Part shown: in pieces, positions 53,785 to 62,961 of the stretch | How positions within the stretch are numbered: the stretch's first letter is position 1 | How the letters are laid out: every line of letters starts with the position of its first letter | Source: Acidobacteriota bacterium | Lineage (GTDB): Bacteria > Acidobacteriota > UBA6911 > JACQSX01 | Assembly: GCA_036507075.1 (NCBI GenBank) | Contig: DASXQR010000083.1 | Location: 136,883 to 200,882, forward strand | DNA length: 64,000 bases | Reading direction: 5' to 3' | Translations under genes and position numbers: made by a program | The notes under the pieces: model-generated | Seen by the model: the letters and a program-made list of their open reading frames with translations, nothing else | What the model was told of the DNA's origin: nothing | The model's database searches: none

Positions 53785-55113
53785 ATGCCGAGCACACTGA
53801 TTCGCAGCGGCTTGCTGATCACCGCCGATTCACAGAATCAGATTTATCCAGGTGATTTGCTGATCAAGGATGGAATCATTGCCGCCGTCGGCGCCGTGCG
53901 CAACTCAGCCGAGCAAACCGTGGATGCCTCCGGAATGTGGGTCCTTCCCGGTTTTGTGCAAACCCACGTTCATCTATGCCAGACTTTGTTTCGCGGCCTG
54001 GCCGACGACCTGGAGCTTCTCGATTGGCTCCAGCAGCGCATCTGGCCGCTTGAAGCGGCCCACAACGAAGACTCTCTTTACTGGTCGGCGCGCCTGGGCA
54101 TTGCCGAATTGCTCAAAGGAGGGACGACCACCGCGCTCAGCATGGAAACCGTCCGCCACACCGAGCGCGTTTTTCAGGCCCTGGAAGAAAGCGGCATCCG
54201 GGCCGTGGCAGGAAAATGCATCATGGATATGGGCGACACGCCTCAACCGCTGCAGGAGAAAAGCCGGAATGCTCTGGATGAGTCCCTGCAGCTCTTCAAG
54301 AGCTGGCATGGGGCTGCACAGGGCAGGATTCACTATGCTTTTGCGCCGCGATTCGCGCTTTCCTGCTCGCAGGAGGTGCTGCAGGAAATCGGCAGCCAGT
54401 CAGCGGAGCTCAAGTGCCTGGTGCACACGCACGCTTCGGAAAATGTCAAGGAAGTAGAGCTGGTGCGGCAAATGACCGGCTGCGCCAACGTGGAGTACTT
54501 CCACAAATTGCAGCTCACTTCGCCGCGTCTGTTTCTGGCGCATTGCATCTGGCTGAACGACCGCGAGGTTGCTATTTTAAAGGAGAGCGGGACACGCCTG
54601 ACACATTGCCCGAGCTCGAACCTCAAGCTTGCTTCAGGGATCGCCGACATCACCCGATACAAAAGAGAAAACCTGGCTTTGTCGCTGGGCGCTGACGGGG
54701 CGCCGTGCAATAACAATCTGGATATGTTTCAGGAGATGAAGCTGGCTGCGCTGCTCCAAAAAACTCTCCATGGCCCGGTTGCAATCGAGGCCAAAGACGT
54801 GTTCCGGATGGCGACAATCGACGGAGCCCGCGCGCTCGGTATAGAACACGAAATTGGGAGCCTGGAAAAAGGCAAGCGTGCCGATCTGATGGTATTCGAT
54901 CCGCGGCGCGTTTCCTGCTGGCCTTTTCATGATGTATTTTCCACGCTGGTCTACGCCGGACGGGCGGAAAATGTGCGCCATGTCTTCGTAGACGGCCGGC
55001 TTCTGGTCAGCGATGGGAAGCTGGCGCTGCAGGACGAGCAGGAGATACTGCGAAAGAGCGGGGAAGCCCTGAAGGCGCTGATGCCGAGGGCCGAGAAACT
55101 TGGATTCCGGTAG
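53785..55113 (+). CDS. 5'-deoxyadenosine-deaminase-like amidohydrolase
   Basis: PGFVQTHVHLCQTLFRG, APRFALSC, HASEN, HCPSSNLKLASG, GADGAPCNN. Confidence 0.85.
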   Translation: MPSTLIRSGLLITADSQNQIYPGDLLIKDGIIAAVGAVRNSAEQTVDASGMWVLPGFVQTHVHLCQTLFRGLADDLELLDWLQQRIWPLEAAHNEDSLYWSARLGIAELLKGGTTTALSMETVRHTERVFQALEESGIRAVAGKCIMDMGDTPQPLQEKSRNALDESLQLFKSWHGAAQGRIHYAFAPRFALSCSQEVLQEIGSQSAELKCLVHTHASENVKEVELVRQMTGCANVEYFHKLQLTSPRLFLAHCIWLNDREVAILKESGTRLTHCPSSNLKLASGIADITRYKRENLALSLGADGAPCNNNLDMFQEMKLAALLQKTLHGPVAIEAKDVFRMATIDGARALGIEHEIGSLEKGKRADLMVFDPRRVSCWPFHDVFSTLVYAGRAENVRHVFVDGRLLVSDGKLALQDEQEILRKSGEALKALMPRAEKLGFR

Positions 55114-55117
55114 CATC

Positions 55118-55192
55118 TTTCACCACAAAGGCACAAAGGACACAAAGTTCGCCCCGGGTGTCACTTGTGTCCTTTGTGCCTTTGTGGTGAAA
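55118..55192. repeat. CACAAAG hairpin
   Basis: TTTCACCACAAAGGCACAAAGGACACAA...TTGTGTCCTTTGTGCCTTTGTGGTGAAA. Confidence 0.92.
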
Positions 55193-55227
55193 AATCCGTT
55201 GCCCGAATCTACCCAGAAAATAAGCAT

Positions 55228-55845
55228 ATGAGCATCATCATCGGAATCGCGGGCGGCACCGGATCCGGGAAGACAACCCTGGCGCGCAAGATTCAGAGCG
55301 CGATGGGCGAAAATACGGCCATCATTCATCAGGATTCCTACTACCGGGATCATGCAGACCTGCCTTTAAACGAACGGCACGGGCTGAATTTTGACCATCC
55401 GGATGCATTCGATTCCTTTCTGCTCATCGAGCAGATTCGAAGCCTCCACGAAGGTATCGCCATCGAAAAACCGATTTACAATTTCCACACCCATGCGCGG
55501 CAGCCCGAAACGGAAAGAGTTGAACCCCGGGACGTGATCCTGGTTGAAGGCATTTTGATTTTTTATTATTCCGAGCTGCGTCCGTTGATGGAGCTCAAGC
55601 TTTATGTCGACAACGACCCCGATGTGCGTTTCATCCGGCGACTGACGCGCGATCTGCTGGAGAGAGGACGGTCGCTGGAAAGCGTCGTCGATCAGTACTT
55701 GAACACGGTCCGTCCGATGCACCTGCAATTCATAGAGCCCACCAAGCGATTTGCCGATCTAATCATTCCAGAAGGGGGCCACAATCAAGTCGCAATCGAC
55801 ACGCCGCTGAGCCAAATTCGGGCGCGCATACGGCGGCACGGTTGA
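55228..55845 (+). CDS. udk: Uridine kinase
   Basis: GIAGGTGSGKTT, QDSYY, NFDHPDAFD, ERGR, FIEPTK. Confidence 0.95.
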   Translation: MSIIIGIAGGTGSGKTTLARKIQSAMGENTAIIHQDSYYRDHADLPLNERHGLNFDHPDAFDSFLLIEQIRSLHEGIAIEKPIYNFHTHARQPETERVEPRDVILVEGILIFYYSELRPLMELKLYVDNDPDVRFIRRLTRDLLERGRSLESVVDQYLNTVRPMHLQFIEPTKRFADLIIPEGGHNQVAIDTPLSQIRARIRRHG

Positions 55846-57533
55846 ACCGTCCGATGAAAAGACTGGTTGCCGCAATCCTTTTGTGCGCCGCTTCAGGGGT
55901 CATCTGGCTTTATCTGTGGTGGGGAAGATTTCAGTATCAGCATGCTGTTCTGCTGGCGGCCACCTACGCCACGATGTTGCTGCTGGTTCTGGCTGGTCAC
56001 TTTTACTACCGCGACACTGCGCGTTGTCTGGGCCTGCGCTTTGACAATTTCCGGGCGGCAGCGCGCTGGTACGGAGCCATCATCCTGATTGGCTGCGGAT
56101 CGGCGGCGCTGGCCGGAAAGTTATGGGGCAGTTTCCGTCTTGATCGCTGGTACGACATTTATGTTTATGCTCTCTGGTCCGTGCTGCAGCAGTACGGCCT
56201 TCAGAATTTCCTTCGCGTCCGATCCCGGGACCTTCTAATAAGTAAGTCGAAAGTCGAAAGTCGAAGGTCGAAGGTCTCTAATCTGGCGGGCGAGCGTCTG
56301 CTGAACCAATTCAGCGCGGGCTCTGATGCGGCTCTGAACCGGCGCGAATCAGCGCTCCAATTGCTTCCCCCAGTCTTGCTTGCCTCCGGCCTGTTCGCGC
56401 TTTACCACCTTCCCAATATGCGGCTGGTCCTTTTTTCTTTTGCGGGCGCTTTGATCTGGTGCTTCAGCTACGCGCGTGTACCCAATTTTTTCTGGGCGTG
56501 GCTGTCGCAGGCGTTGATAACCGGGGTGCTGCTGTTGTTTTTTAAGTACAACCTTCTCGGCCAGTTTCAGATCGGTTATGCGGGTCATCGATACCAGGGC
56601 TATGGAAGCGGCGTCCAGGTGTCCGCCGGTTATGGCGCCGGCGGCGAGCCCCTGATTGTAACGGTGTCTTCTCCCGACAAAGACACGCCCTCTCTGATTC
56701 GAGTGTTCGACATCTTCGGTCAACGGCGATCGGAATGGATCGCATACGAAAACTTCAAATTTTCGGCCAATATCGCCGTTGGCGATCTCGGATTCGGCCC
56801 GGGCGATGAAGTGGCAGTTGCGCCCGGACCGGCCGCGTCCAATCCTGCCATGGTCCGAATTTTCAATCTGTCTGGAAATCTGCTGAAGGAATTCCATGCA
56901 TGGCAAGTCACAGGCGGTTACGGCGCTTCCCTGTCGATTCAGTGCGGAACAATACTGCTGTCCCCGGGTCCGGGACCTTACAGCCGGCTGCAAATATTCG
57001 AGTTCACGCCGGAAGGAAAGCTGAACAATCAATGGAATTTTCCTTCGCTGGATCTCAGAAACGGATTGCGGGCGGCGGCGCTTTGTGTGCCATCAAAGGG
57101 TTTATCTCTCGAGAGGCGGATGATAATCGTATTCTGGGCGACGCCGCTTGCAACGAATCCTTCCTCTCTCTTTTTGTTTGACCCGGCGACACAATCTCTC
57201 CGCTCCTGGCCCACCTTTTCCACCACTTACGGATTGAATGCCGTTCCGGTGCGCTTAGGCCAGGGAAAGAGGGGCGTTGCCGTGGCGCCGGGGGATTTCC
57301 AGGGATATCCGGCGCAAATTCAGGTTTATGACAATCAGGGACGAAAGCTGCGCGACTTTCTCGCCTACCAGGATCGGTTCAGTTGCGGGAGTCACATAGC
57401 AGCCGTCGACATAAATGGCGATGGAGAGGATGAGCTGGTGCTGGGAGAAGGCACCGGCCCGTCGCGGCCCTCTACGGTCCGAATTCTCCGACTCGATGGG
57501 AAGCTGTTGCAGCAATGGAACGCATATCCATGA
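55842..57533 (+). CDS. Membrane protein with a CPBP/Abi-like TM domain and C-terminal FG-GAP-like repeats
   Basis: Multi-TM N-terminal half (QQY.LQ.F, LFALYHLPN); VGDLGFGPGDEVAV, AVDINGDGEDELV. Confidence 0.65.
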   Translation: MNRPMKRLVAAILLCAASGVIWLYLWWGRFQYQHAVLLAATYATMLLLVLAGHFYYRDTARCLGLRFDNFRAAARWYGAIILIGCGSAALAGKLWGSFRLDRWYDIYVYALWSVLQQYGLQNFLRVRSRDLLISKSKVESRRSKVSNLAGERLLNQFSAGSDAALNRRESALQLLPPVLLASGLFALYHLPNMRLVLFSFAGALIWCFSYARVPNFFWAWLSQALITGVLLLFFKYNLLGQFQIGYAGHRYQGYGSGVQVSAGYGAGGEPLIVTVSSPDKDTPSLIRVFDIFGQRRSEWIAYENFKFSANIAVGDLGFGPGDEVAVAPGPAASNPAMVRIFNLSGNLLKEFHAWQVTGGYGASLSIQCGTILLSPGPGPYSRLQIFEFTPEGKLNNQWNFPSLDLRNGLRAAALCVPSKGLSLERRMIIVFWATPLATNPSSLFLFDPATQSLRSWPTFSTTYGLNAVPVRLGQGKRGVAVAPGDFQGYPAQIQVYDNQGRKLRDFLAYQDRFSCGSHIAAVDINGDGEDELVLGEGTGPSRPSTVRILRLDGKLLQQWNAYP

Positions 57534-57534
57534 C

Positions 57535-57617
57535 TGGTGCCTTGGTGTCTTGGTGGTTAAATTTTTTTACCACCAGGACACCAAGCTACCGAACCCGCAA
57601 CCCAAAAACCCGCAACC
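57535..57617. repeat. Tail-to-head CACCAAG hairpin plus AACCCGC units
   Basis: CTTGGTGTCTTGGTGGT-AT spacer-ACCACCAGGACACCAAG, then AACCCGCAACCC. Confidence 0.82.
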
Positions 57618-57618
57618 T

Positions 57619-59400
57619 TTAAAATCGCGCCTGGTATTCGGCGGAGTTGCGGATAGCGTTGATCAGATGGAGCCCCGAATCTCCCCGGCTCAACCCGCCG
57701 AGCCATAAGCTGAACTCCCCCTCCGAGGGTTCCCGCCGCATCAGCGCCAGATACATTGACTGAATGAAAACGCTCAGGCCGGTCTTTTGAATAAACTCAG
57801 CCGATTCCATGAACTCCCGGGCGAGCTGCGCGCGCGTCTTCGATCCGCGATCCAGTTGCTCGGTGAATGAAGCCCAGCCGGCCGGATCCGGCTCTCGAAG
57901 CAGGACATTGAGATAGAGTCTCCGTACAAATTCACGATTTGTGAGATTCCTGCCGAAGCGGGTTTGAAATTCTGTGGAATTGATCAGATCCTCCAATGTC
58001 TGTTCTTTTCCTTCTCGCGCCGCTGAAAGATCGAGCCAGGCGCGAAAGAAACCCTCGTAATCGGCGCGCCTGGCCAGGATTCCGCTGTAGGCTCTCACCA
58101 CAAACGCGGCAGTATTCTGGAACCACTGGCCTTCATAGAAGTCCGAAATCAACTCCACACGGCTGCGGCCGAAAGGATAGAGCTGAAAGGATCTTCCCCT
58201 TCCTGTAGCGCTTAATGCCCCGACCAGAGAGTTAAGCTCGATTGCATCGGGAAGCCGGTTCAGCATGTCCGCATAAAGCTGCCTTACAAATGCCGGGCTC
58301 GCAGGAGGAGTGTTCTGCTGTAAGTCCACAAAACTGCTGAACAGCGTGTAAATCGGTTTCGGAGCAAACGGCGCGAAATAAGAGGGGGAGTGCAGCAGGC
58401 CGAAACCACACGTGCCGCCGCCGTCGCTGAGATTGAAATAAAAGGACTTTGCCCACCAGGAAGTATCCATGTTGTTGTAAACGGCTTCCACCTGGGGTTC
58501 GAGCTGCTGATCAGTAAGATTACAAGTGCCGCTCTGAAAATTAAACTCGGTGAGCCAGACCGGTTTTATTCCAAGCAGTCCGTGTTCGGTCATTTCCTGG
58601 CGTAGTTCAGCCATCTTGGCCAGTGTGACCGAGGCGTTCGCGTTATAGCTGTGGACCGTGAAAACATCAAAGGCATCGGGAAAGAAGCGCAGCAGAGGAT
58701 CCACTCCGTTGTCGCGCCAGTTTCCCCAGTAACTGTTCAGGGTCGAAATCTCCGGACCCACTACCCGCGCTCCCGGATTTGCCGTCTTGATGCCCGCGCG
58801 GCCGGGCTGCGCGATCAGTCTCCAGTATTCATTGACGACGTTGTCATACGGGCCTTCGGGATTGAAATTCGGACGAAGGTTTGGTTCGTTCCAAAGGACG
58901 AAATGCTGCACGTCGGATGAATAGCGCAGGCCTGCGTTATAGCAGAGATCTTCCCAGGCGTTCTTAAACAGGTCCTTTTTCGCGTTGGTAATCCGGCCGC
59001 AATCATCATCTGACTCGCCCAGGTCTCCTCCGCACCCCGCCCGCGCGCCAGTGGCCCAGTCGGGGGCCTTAGTCAACTGAAGCGCCACGTTCAAACCGCG
59101 GCTCCGGCCCAGCTTCACCGCGTCGTCTACGGCCACCCAGTCGTATGCGTGAACACCGCTTTTCGCTCCGGGCGAACCCGGGGCAGGACCAGCCGGCGCG
59201 CCCGGTTCAATGAAAACCCAGTGAGCGCGGATCAGAATCCAGCGCGCTCCCGTTTGCGCGGTTTTGTCCATCAGCATGGGCGCATCCGGCCCGGAAATTT
59301 GAGCTTCAATCCTGTGGATCCCGACGCGGGTCCGCTGTGGGAAGACGTTTACGCCTGCCAGCAGCCACAGGCAGAGGATGGAAGGAAAGAGTCGCTGCAC
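57619..59400 (-). CDS. Exported clan GH-A glycoside hydrolase with C-terminal DUF4214-like repeats
   Basis: WNEPN (acid/base), WLTEF (nucleophile); FVRQLY...LNR.PD, FVRRLY.NVLLREPD, SAEF/SAEY. Confidence 0.75.
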   Translation of the reverse strand: MQRLFPSILCLWLLAGVNVFPQRTRVGIHRIEAQISGPDAPMLMDKTAQTGARWILIRAHWVFIEPGAPAGPAPGSPGAKSGVHAYDWVAVDDAVKLGRSRGLNVALQLTKAPDWATGARAGCGGDLGESDDDCGRITNAKKDLFKNAWEDLCYNAGLRYSSDVQHFVLWNEPNLRPNFNPEGPYDNVVNEYWRLIAQPGRAGIKTANPGARVVGPEISTLNSYWGNWRDNGVDPLLRFFPDAFDVFTVHSYNANASVTLAKMAELRQEMTEHGLLGIKPVWLTEFNFQSGTCNLTDQQLEPQVEAVYNNMDTSWWAKSFYFNLSDGGGTCGFGLLHSPSYFAPFAPKPIYTLFSSFVDLQQNTPPASPAFVRQLYADMLNRLPDAIELNSLVGALSATGRGRSFQLYPFGRSRVELISDFYEGQWFQNTAAFVVRAYSGILARRADYEGFFRAWLDLSAAREGKEQTLEDLINSTEFQTRFGRNLTNREFVRRLYLNVLLREPDPAGWASFTEQLDRGSKTRAQLAREFMESAEFIQKTGLSVFIQSMYLALMRREPSEGEFSLWLGGLSRGDSGLHLINAIRNSAEYQARF

Positions 59401-59521
59401 GTAAAAAATTGAACCGCGGTTGGTTAGCAAAGTAAAAATCGAAACGTTCGGCTCAAACGGCCCATGTTCGCCGCCCAGGTTGGCAAGTCTGGCCCTTAGT
59501 TTCAAAAATTCGAGTCAGAAT

Positions 59522-59701
59522 TTTTCACCACAAAGGCACAAAGAGCACAAAGCAAGACGTGGGTCAGGCAGAGGCCGGTCAGCTTCAAAAGCTCTTGTCG
59601 TGTTTACCTGATCGAAAGCTGACCGGCCTCTGCCTTACCCACGTCTTCCCTTCGTGTCCTTTGTGTCTTTGTGGTGAAAGTTTGACCACTAAGACACCAA
59701 G
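59522..59701. repeat. Nested hairpin: CACAAAG arms enclosing a 32-bp inverted repeat
   Basis: Inner arms 59554-59585 / 59616-59647 with one mismatch; followed by a further ACCACTAAGACACCAAG arm. Confidence 0.9.
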
Positions 59702-59728
59702 CTTCCGAACTTTCATAACTGTAGCATA

Positions 59729-60877
59729 ATGCACTGTATGGTATCGGTTACCGAATTCGATGTGGTTATTGCCGGCAGCGGAGTAGCGGGAGGCGGCTGC
59801 GCGCTCCAATTGGCGCGCCAGGGAGCCCGGGTCGCCCTCTTTGATCGGGAGGAATTTCCCCGGGACAAGGTGTGCGGCGAATTTCTGGCGCCTGAGTCGG
59901 TAGCCATACTTCGCCAGCTTGAAATGGAAGGCCACATATTGAGCAGCGGCGGGGTTAAGGTTCGGGACGCGATGCTGCATTCGCCGTCCGGTCATAGTTT
60001 GATTTTCAGTCTGGAAACCCTCCACCCAAAAGCGGAACACGGCCTGGCGATCAGCCGCAGCCGCCTCGACCAGTTGCTTTTTGAAAATGCGCTCAAGGCC
60101 GGGGCCCATGCATCGGACCGGGTACGCGTGGACAGCGTAAGCGCGACCAGTGACGGCCGGCAGCAAGTCGACTGCACGGATTTTCGCAGCGGAGAAAAAC
60201 TGTCGATACACTGCCGTTACTTTGTTGACGCGGCCGGGCGTAAGTCAAAATTCACCTCGCACCCACAGGGCCGCCGGAGCTATTTCGGGTACAAGACGCA
60301 TTGGCCGGAACCGCTGGTTCCCAGGGGCGAGGTGCATCTGTTCTTTTTTGAAGGCGGCTACGGGGGAGCTACCGTCATCGAGGCGGGTCGCACCAGTGTG
60401 TCGATCATGGCGACCCCCGAACTGTTTCGAAACGCCCAAGGGGACTTTTCTCATTTAATGGCCGCCACTGTTTTCCAGAACAGGGCGGCCCAGCGTATGC
60501 TGGCCGGGCTTGATCCGTCTTTTGCCCGCTGGATTACTACCGGACCCTTGATCTTCGAGCTGAAGGACGGATCCATTTCGCAATGGATCCATCTGGGAGA
60601 CGCCGCCGGAATGATCGATCCCTTTACAGGCGAGGGGATGAGCTTTGCGCTGCGGACCGCATGGATGCTGGCCGAAGAGATCAAGCGCGGGGGCGGCTAC
60701 GCCGAGATGAAGGGCCGTTTTGACCAGCGAGTGCTCAAAGAGCTGCAAAGCTGCTATCGTGGCAGCGCGCGCCTGCGATGGCTTGCCGAACGCCCCTGGC
60801 TGTTGAATCCCGCCTTCCGCATCGCCTCGCGCAACCGATGGTTAAGGCGAAAGCTGGTCAAAATGACCCGCGGGTAA
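59729..60877 (+). CDS. FAD-dependent oxidoreductase (geranylgeranyl-reductase-like)
   Basis: GSGVAG, FPRDKVCGEFL, GDAAGMIDPFTGEGM. Confidence 0.85.
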   Translation: MHCMVSVTEFDVVIAGSGVAGGGCALQLARQGARVALFDREEFPRDKVCGEFLAPESVAILRQLEMEGHILSSGGVKVRDAMLHSPSGHSLIFSLETLHPKAEHGLAISRSRLDQLLFENALKAGAHASDRVRVDSVSATSDGRQQVDCTDFRSGEKLSIHCRYFVDAAGRKSKFTSHPQGRRSYFGYKTHWPEPLVPRGEVHLFFFEGGYGGATVIEAGRTSVSIMATPELFRNAQGDFSHLMAATVFQNRAAQRMLAGLDPSFARWITTGPLIFELKDGSISQWIHLGDAAGMIDPFTGEGMSFALRTAWMLAEEIKRGGGYAEMKGRFDQRVLKELQSCYRGSARLRWLAERPWLLNPAFRIASRNRWLRRKLVKMTRG

Positions 60878-60882
60878 AAACC

Positions 60883-61135
60883 TTCACCACAGAGGCACAG
60901 CCCGGCAGAGCCGGAACCAAACGCGTCATCGGTCATTGGTCATTGGTTAAAGAATCTTGACAAAGTCCTTCAAAACCGTCGACGAGCACGTGCACGACCA
61001 CGTCAATGTCCACGATTATGTCCACGCATGACGGGATTCCTATTGCGTGTCAGCGTGGTCGTGGTCGTTGACGTGCGCGTGGCCGTAACGTGGCCGTAGA
61101 CGGCTTTTCTTTTGGTTGTGGCTTTGCGGCCATTG
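60883..61135. repeat. Multi-layer repeat mosaic
   Basis: CACAGAG arm, GCCGGAACCAAA...TTTGGTTGTGGC pair, GTCATTG 7-mers, and inverted CACGWC/GWCGTG 6-mer arrays. Confidence 0.75.
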
Positions 61136-61169
61136 CAAGCACGTCGACGTGCAGCTTTGCTGCCGGTCT

Positions 61170-62027
61170 TCAGTTTTTCACTGGGTAGCACCCCAGCACC
61201 TTCAGAAAATCAGTGATTTCCTCCAGGTGTCTGAGAGCGTTGCGTGTCCGCGACTCGCGGGTAGCGGCCAGCAAATCCACATAGAAAAGATACTCCCATG
61301 GTTTTCCCGGCAGGGGACGGGACTCGATCTTACACAGGTTAATGTCTCGCAGCGCAAAAACGCTTAAACACCGGAACAAGGCCCCGGGAACATTTTTGGC
61401 AATGAACACCAGCGAAGTTTTCACCGATTTGCTCTCCCCGGAGCCGCTCTTTGCCGCTTTTCTACGCGCCCCTCTTTCGACCGCGAAAAAACGTGTGAAG
61501 TTTTCCGGATTATCCTCGATGTTCTTGATCAGCACTTTGCCCCCGAAATGCTTTGCCGCGGCAATACCGGCGATTGCAGCAATGCCCGGGTCACCATCCT
61601 CAACGATGTGCTGGACGGCGCCCGCCGTGTCGTAGGTTTCAATCGGTTTGATCCTGGGATTGCGCCGCAGGAAACGCCGGCACTGGTCGAGCGCTACCGG
61701 GTGAGAAAGCACCGTGTGAATTTTCTTGCGGGTGGCTTTTCGAGTGCCAATCAGGCAGTGTTCGATTCGGACATTTGTCTCTGCCGTAATCTGCAACCCG
61801 CTTTCAAGCAGCAAATCGTAATTCTTGTGAATCGAACCAGCCAGCGTGTTTTCAATCGGAACCACGCCGATGTCGGCCCTGCCTTTCCTGACGGCCGAGA
61901 ACAGATCGTCAAACGAAGCGCAACTGAGCAGCGAGGCCTTCGGCCCGACCAGCTTGATTGCCGCCTGCTCGCTGAAAGAACCGCGCTCCCCCTGAATCGC
62001 CACCCTGATTGTTCTCGACATCCGCAT
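61170..62027 (-). CDS. pheA: Prephenate dehydratase (PDT-ACT)
   Basis: QGERGSFS, PIENTLAGS, SHPVALDQC, NFTRF, KIESRP. Confidence 0.93.
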   Translation of the reverse strand: MRMSRTIRVAIQGERGSFSEQAAIKLVGPKASLLSCASFDDLFSAVRKGRADIGVVPIENTLAGSIHKNYDLLLESGLQITAETNVRIEHCLIGTRKATRKKIHTVLSHPVALDQCRRFLRRNPRIKPIETYDTAGAVQHIVEDGDPGIAAIAGIAAAKHFGGKVLIKNIEDNPENFTRFFAVERGARRKAAKSGSGESKSVKTSLVFIAKNVPGALFRCLSVFALRDINLCKIESRPLPGKPWEYLFYVDLLAATRESRTRNALRHLEEITDFLKVLGCYPVKN

Positions 62028-62033
62028 TACTCG

Positions 62034-62096
62034 ATTCGTGCTAATTCGTTCTAATTCGTGCTAATTCGTGTAATTCGTGCTTTGCAATTCGTGCTT
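62034..62096. repeat. Solo AATTCGTG tandem array
   Basis: About six ATTCGTG units; overlaps the 3' end of the hydrolase gene. Confidence 0.85.
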
Positions 62097-62867
62097 AAAG
62101 AAAGGCACTATCACCTCCGCCAGTCTCTCAGGATGAAAGAACGGAAACAAATGACCCGATGCCGGAATCATCACCAGCTGAGACTGCGGAGTCCTCTTCG
62201 CGATTTCCGAAAGATGACTCGGTTGAACCAGCACGTCGCGTTCGGCTGCCACCAGCAGCAGGGGCATGCTCAATTCTGAAAGTCTATCGAGCAACGATGC
62301 CTTGCGTACCATCTTCAGGCGCACCGTGATCAGGCGGCCGGGCGAGCCGTAACGCTTGAATCTTTCCCAGTACTCGCGCACCTGCGGTCGCGAAGGTTCG
62401 TCTATCACCAGATCGCGGATTGTCAATGCCAGCAGCGCGGACCGTGAAACAAAGGTACCGGTTCGGTCCCACCGGTTGCGTGTAAAGAAATCGTAGACCT
62501 GCTTCAGCCGCGGATGCAAAAAATTGTATTCGGCAAAAGATTGAATCACTCCCAAACGGGAGACCCGCCTGGGCGCAAGCAGCGCCATCTGCAGGGCGAT
62601 TAGCCCTCCCATGGAAATTCCGCACAGCGAAAACGTTTCCAGTCCTGTCGCCGCCAGCCTCTCGAGCAATTCGCCGGCTACTGCTTCCGCAGACTCAAGG
62701 TCGGAAATACGGGTAGGACAATCTCCCGGCAGCGACGGACAAAGCACCCGGAAGTCATGCCGCAGTCTTTCGACAATGGGTCGCTGAAATTCATGGTGGC
62801 CGTGCAGGCCGCCGATAAACACCAGCGGCGGGCCGGATCCAAGACTCAGCAAATGCTCCGAGGACAT
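62061..62867 (-). CDS. Alpha/beta-fold hydrolase
   Basis: GISMGG nucleophile elbow, D (RDVLV), H (SGHL). Confidence 0.85.
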   Translation of the reverse strand: MSSEHLLSLGSGPPLVFIGGLHGHHEFQRPIVERLRHDFRVLCPSLPGDCPTRISDLESAEAVAGELLERLAATGLETFSLCGISMGGLIALQMALLAPRRVSRLGVIQSFAEYNFLHPRLKQVYDFFTRNRWDRTGTFVSRSALLALTIRDLVIDEPSRPQVREYWERFKRYGSPGRLITVRLKMVRKASLLDRLSELSMPLLLVAAERDVLVQPSHLSEIAKRTPQSQLVMIPASGHLFPFFHPERLAEVIVPFFKHELQSTNYTN

Positions 62868-62876
62868 TACAACCGA

Positions 62877-62952
62877 TTACACCACAAAGACACAAAGGAC
62901 ACGAAGTCGGATCCGAATCTGATTTTGTGTCCTTTGGGTCTTTGTGGTGTAA
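62877..62952. repeat. CACAAAG hairpin
   Basis: TTACACCACAAAGACACAAAGGACAC...GTGTCCTTTGGGTCTTTGTGGTGTAA. Confidence 0.9.
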
Positions 62953-62961
62953 GTCGAGTCT

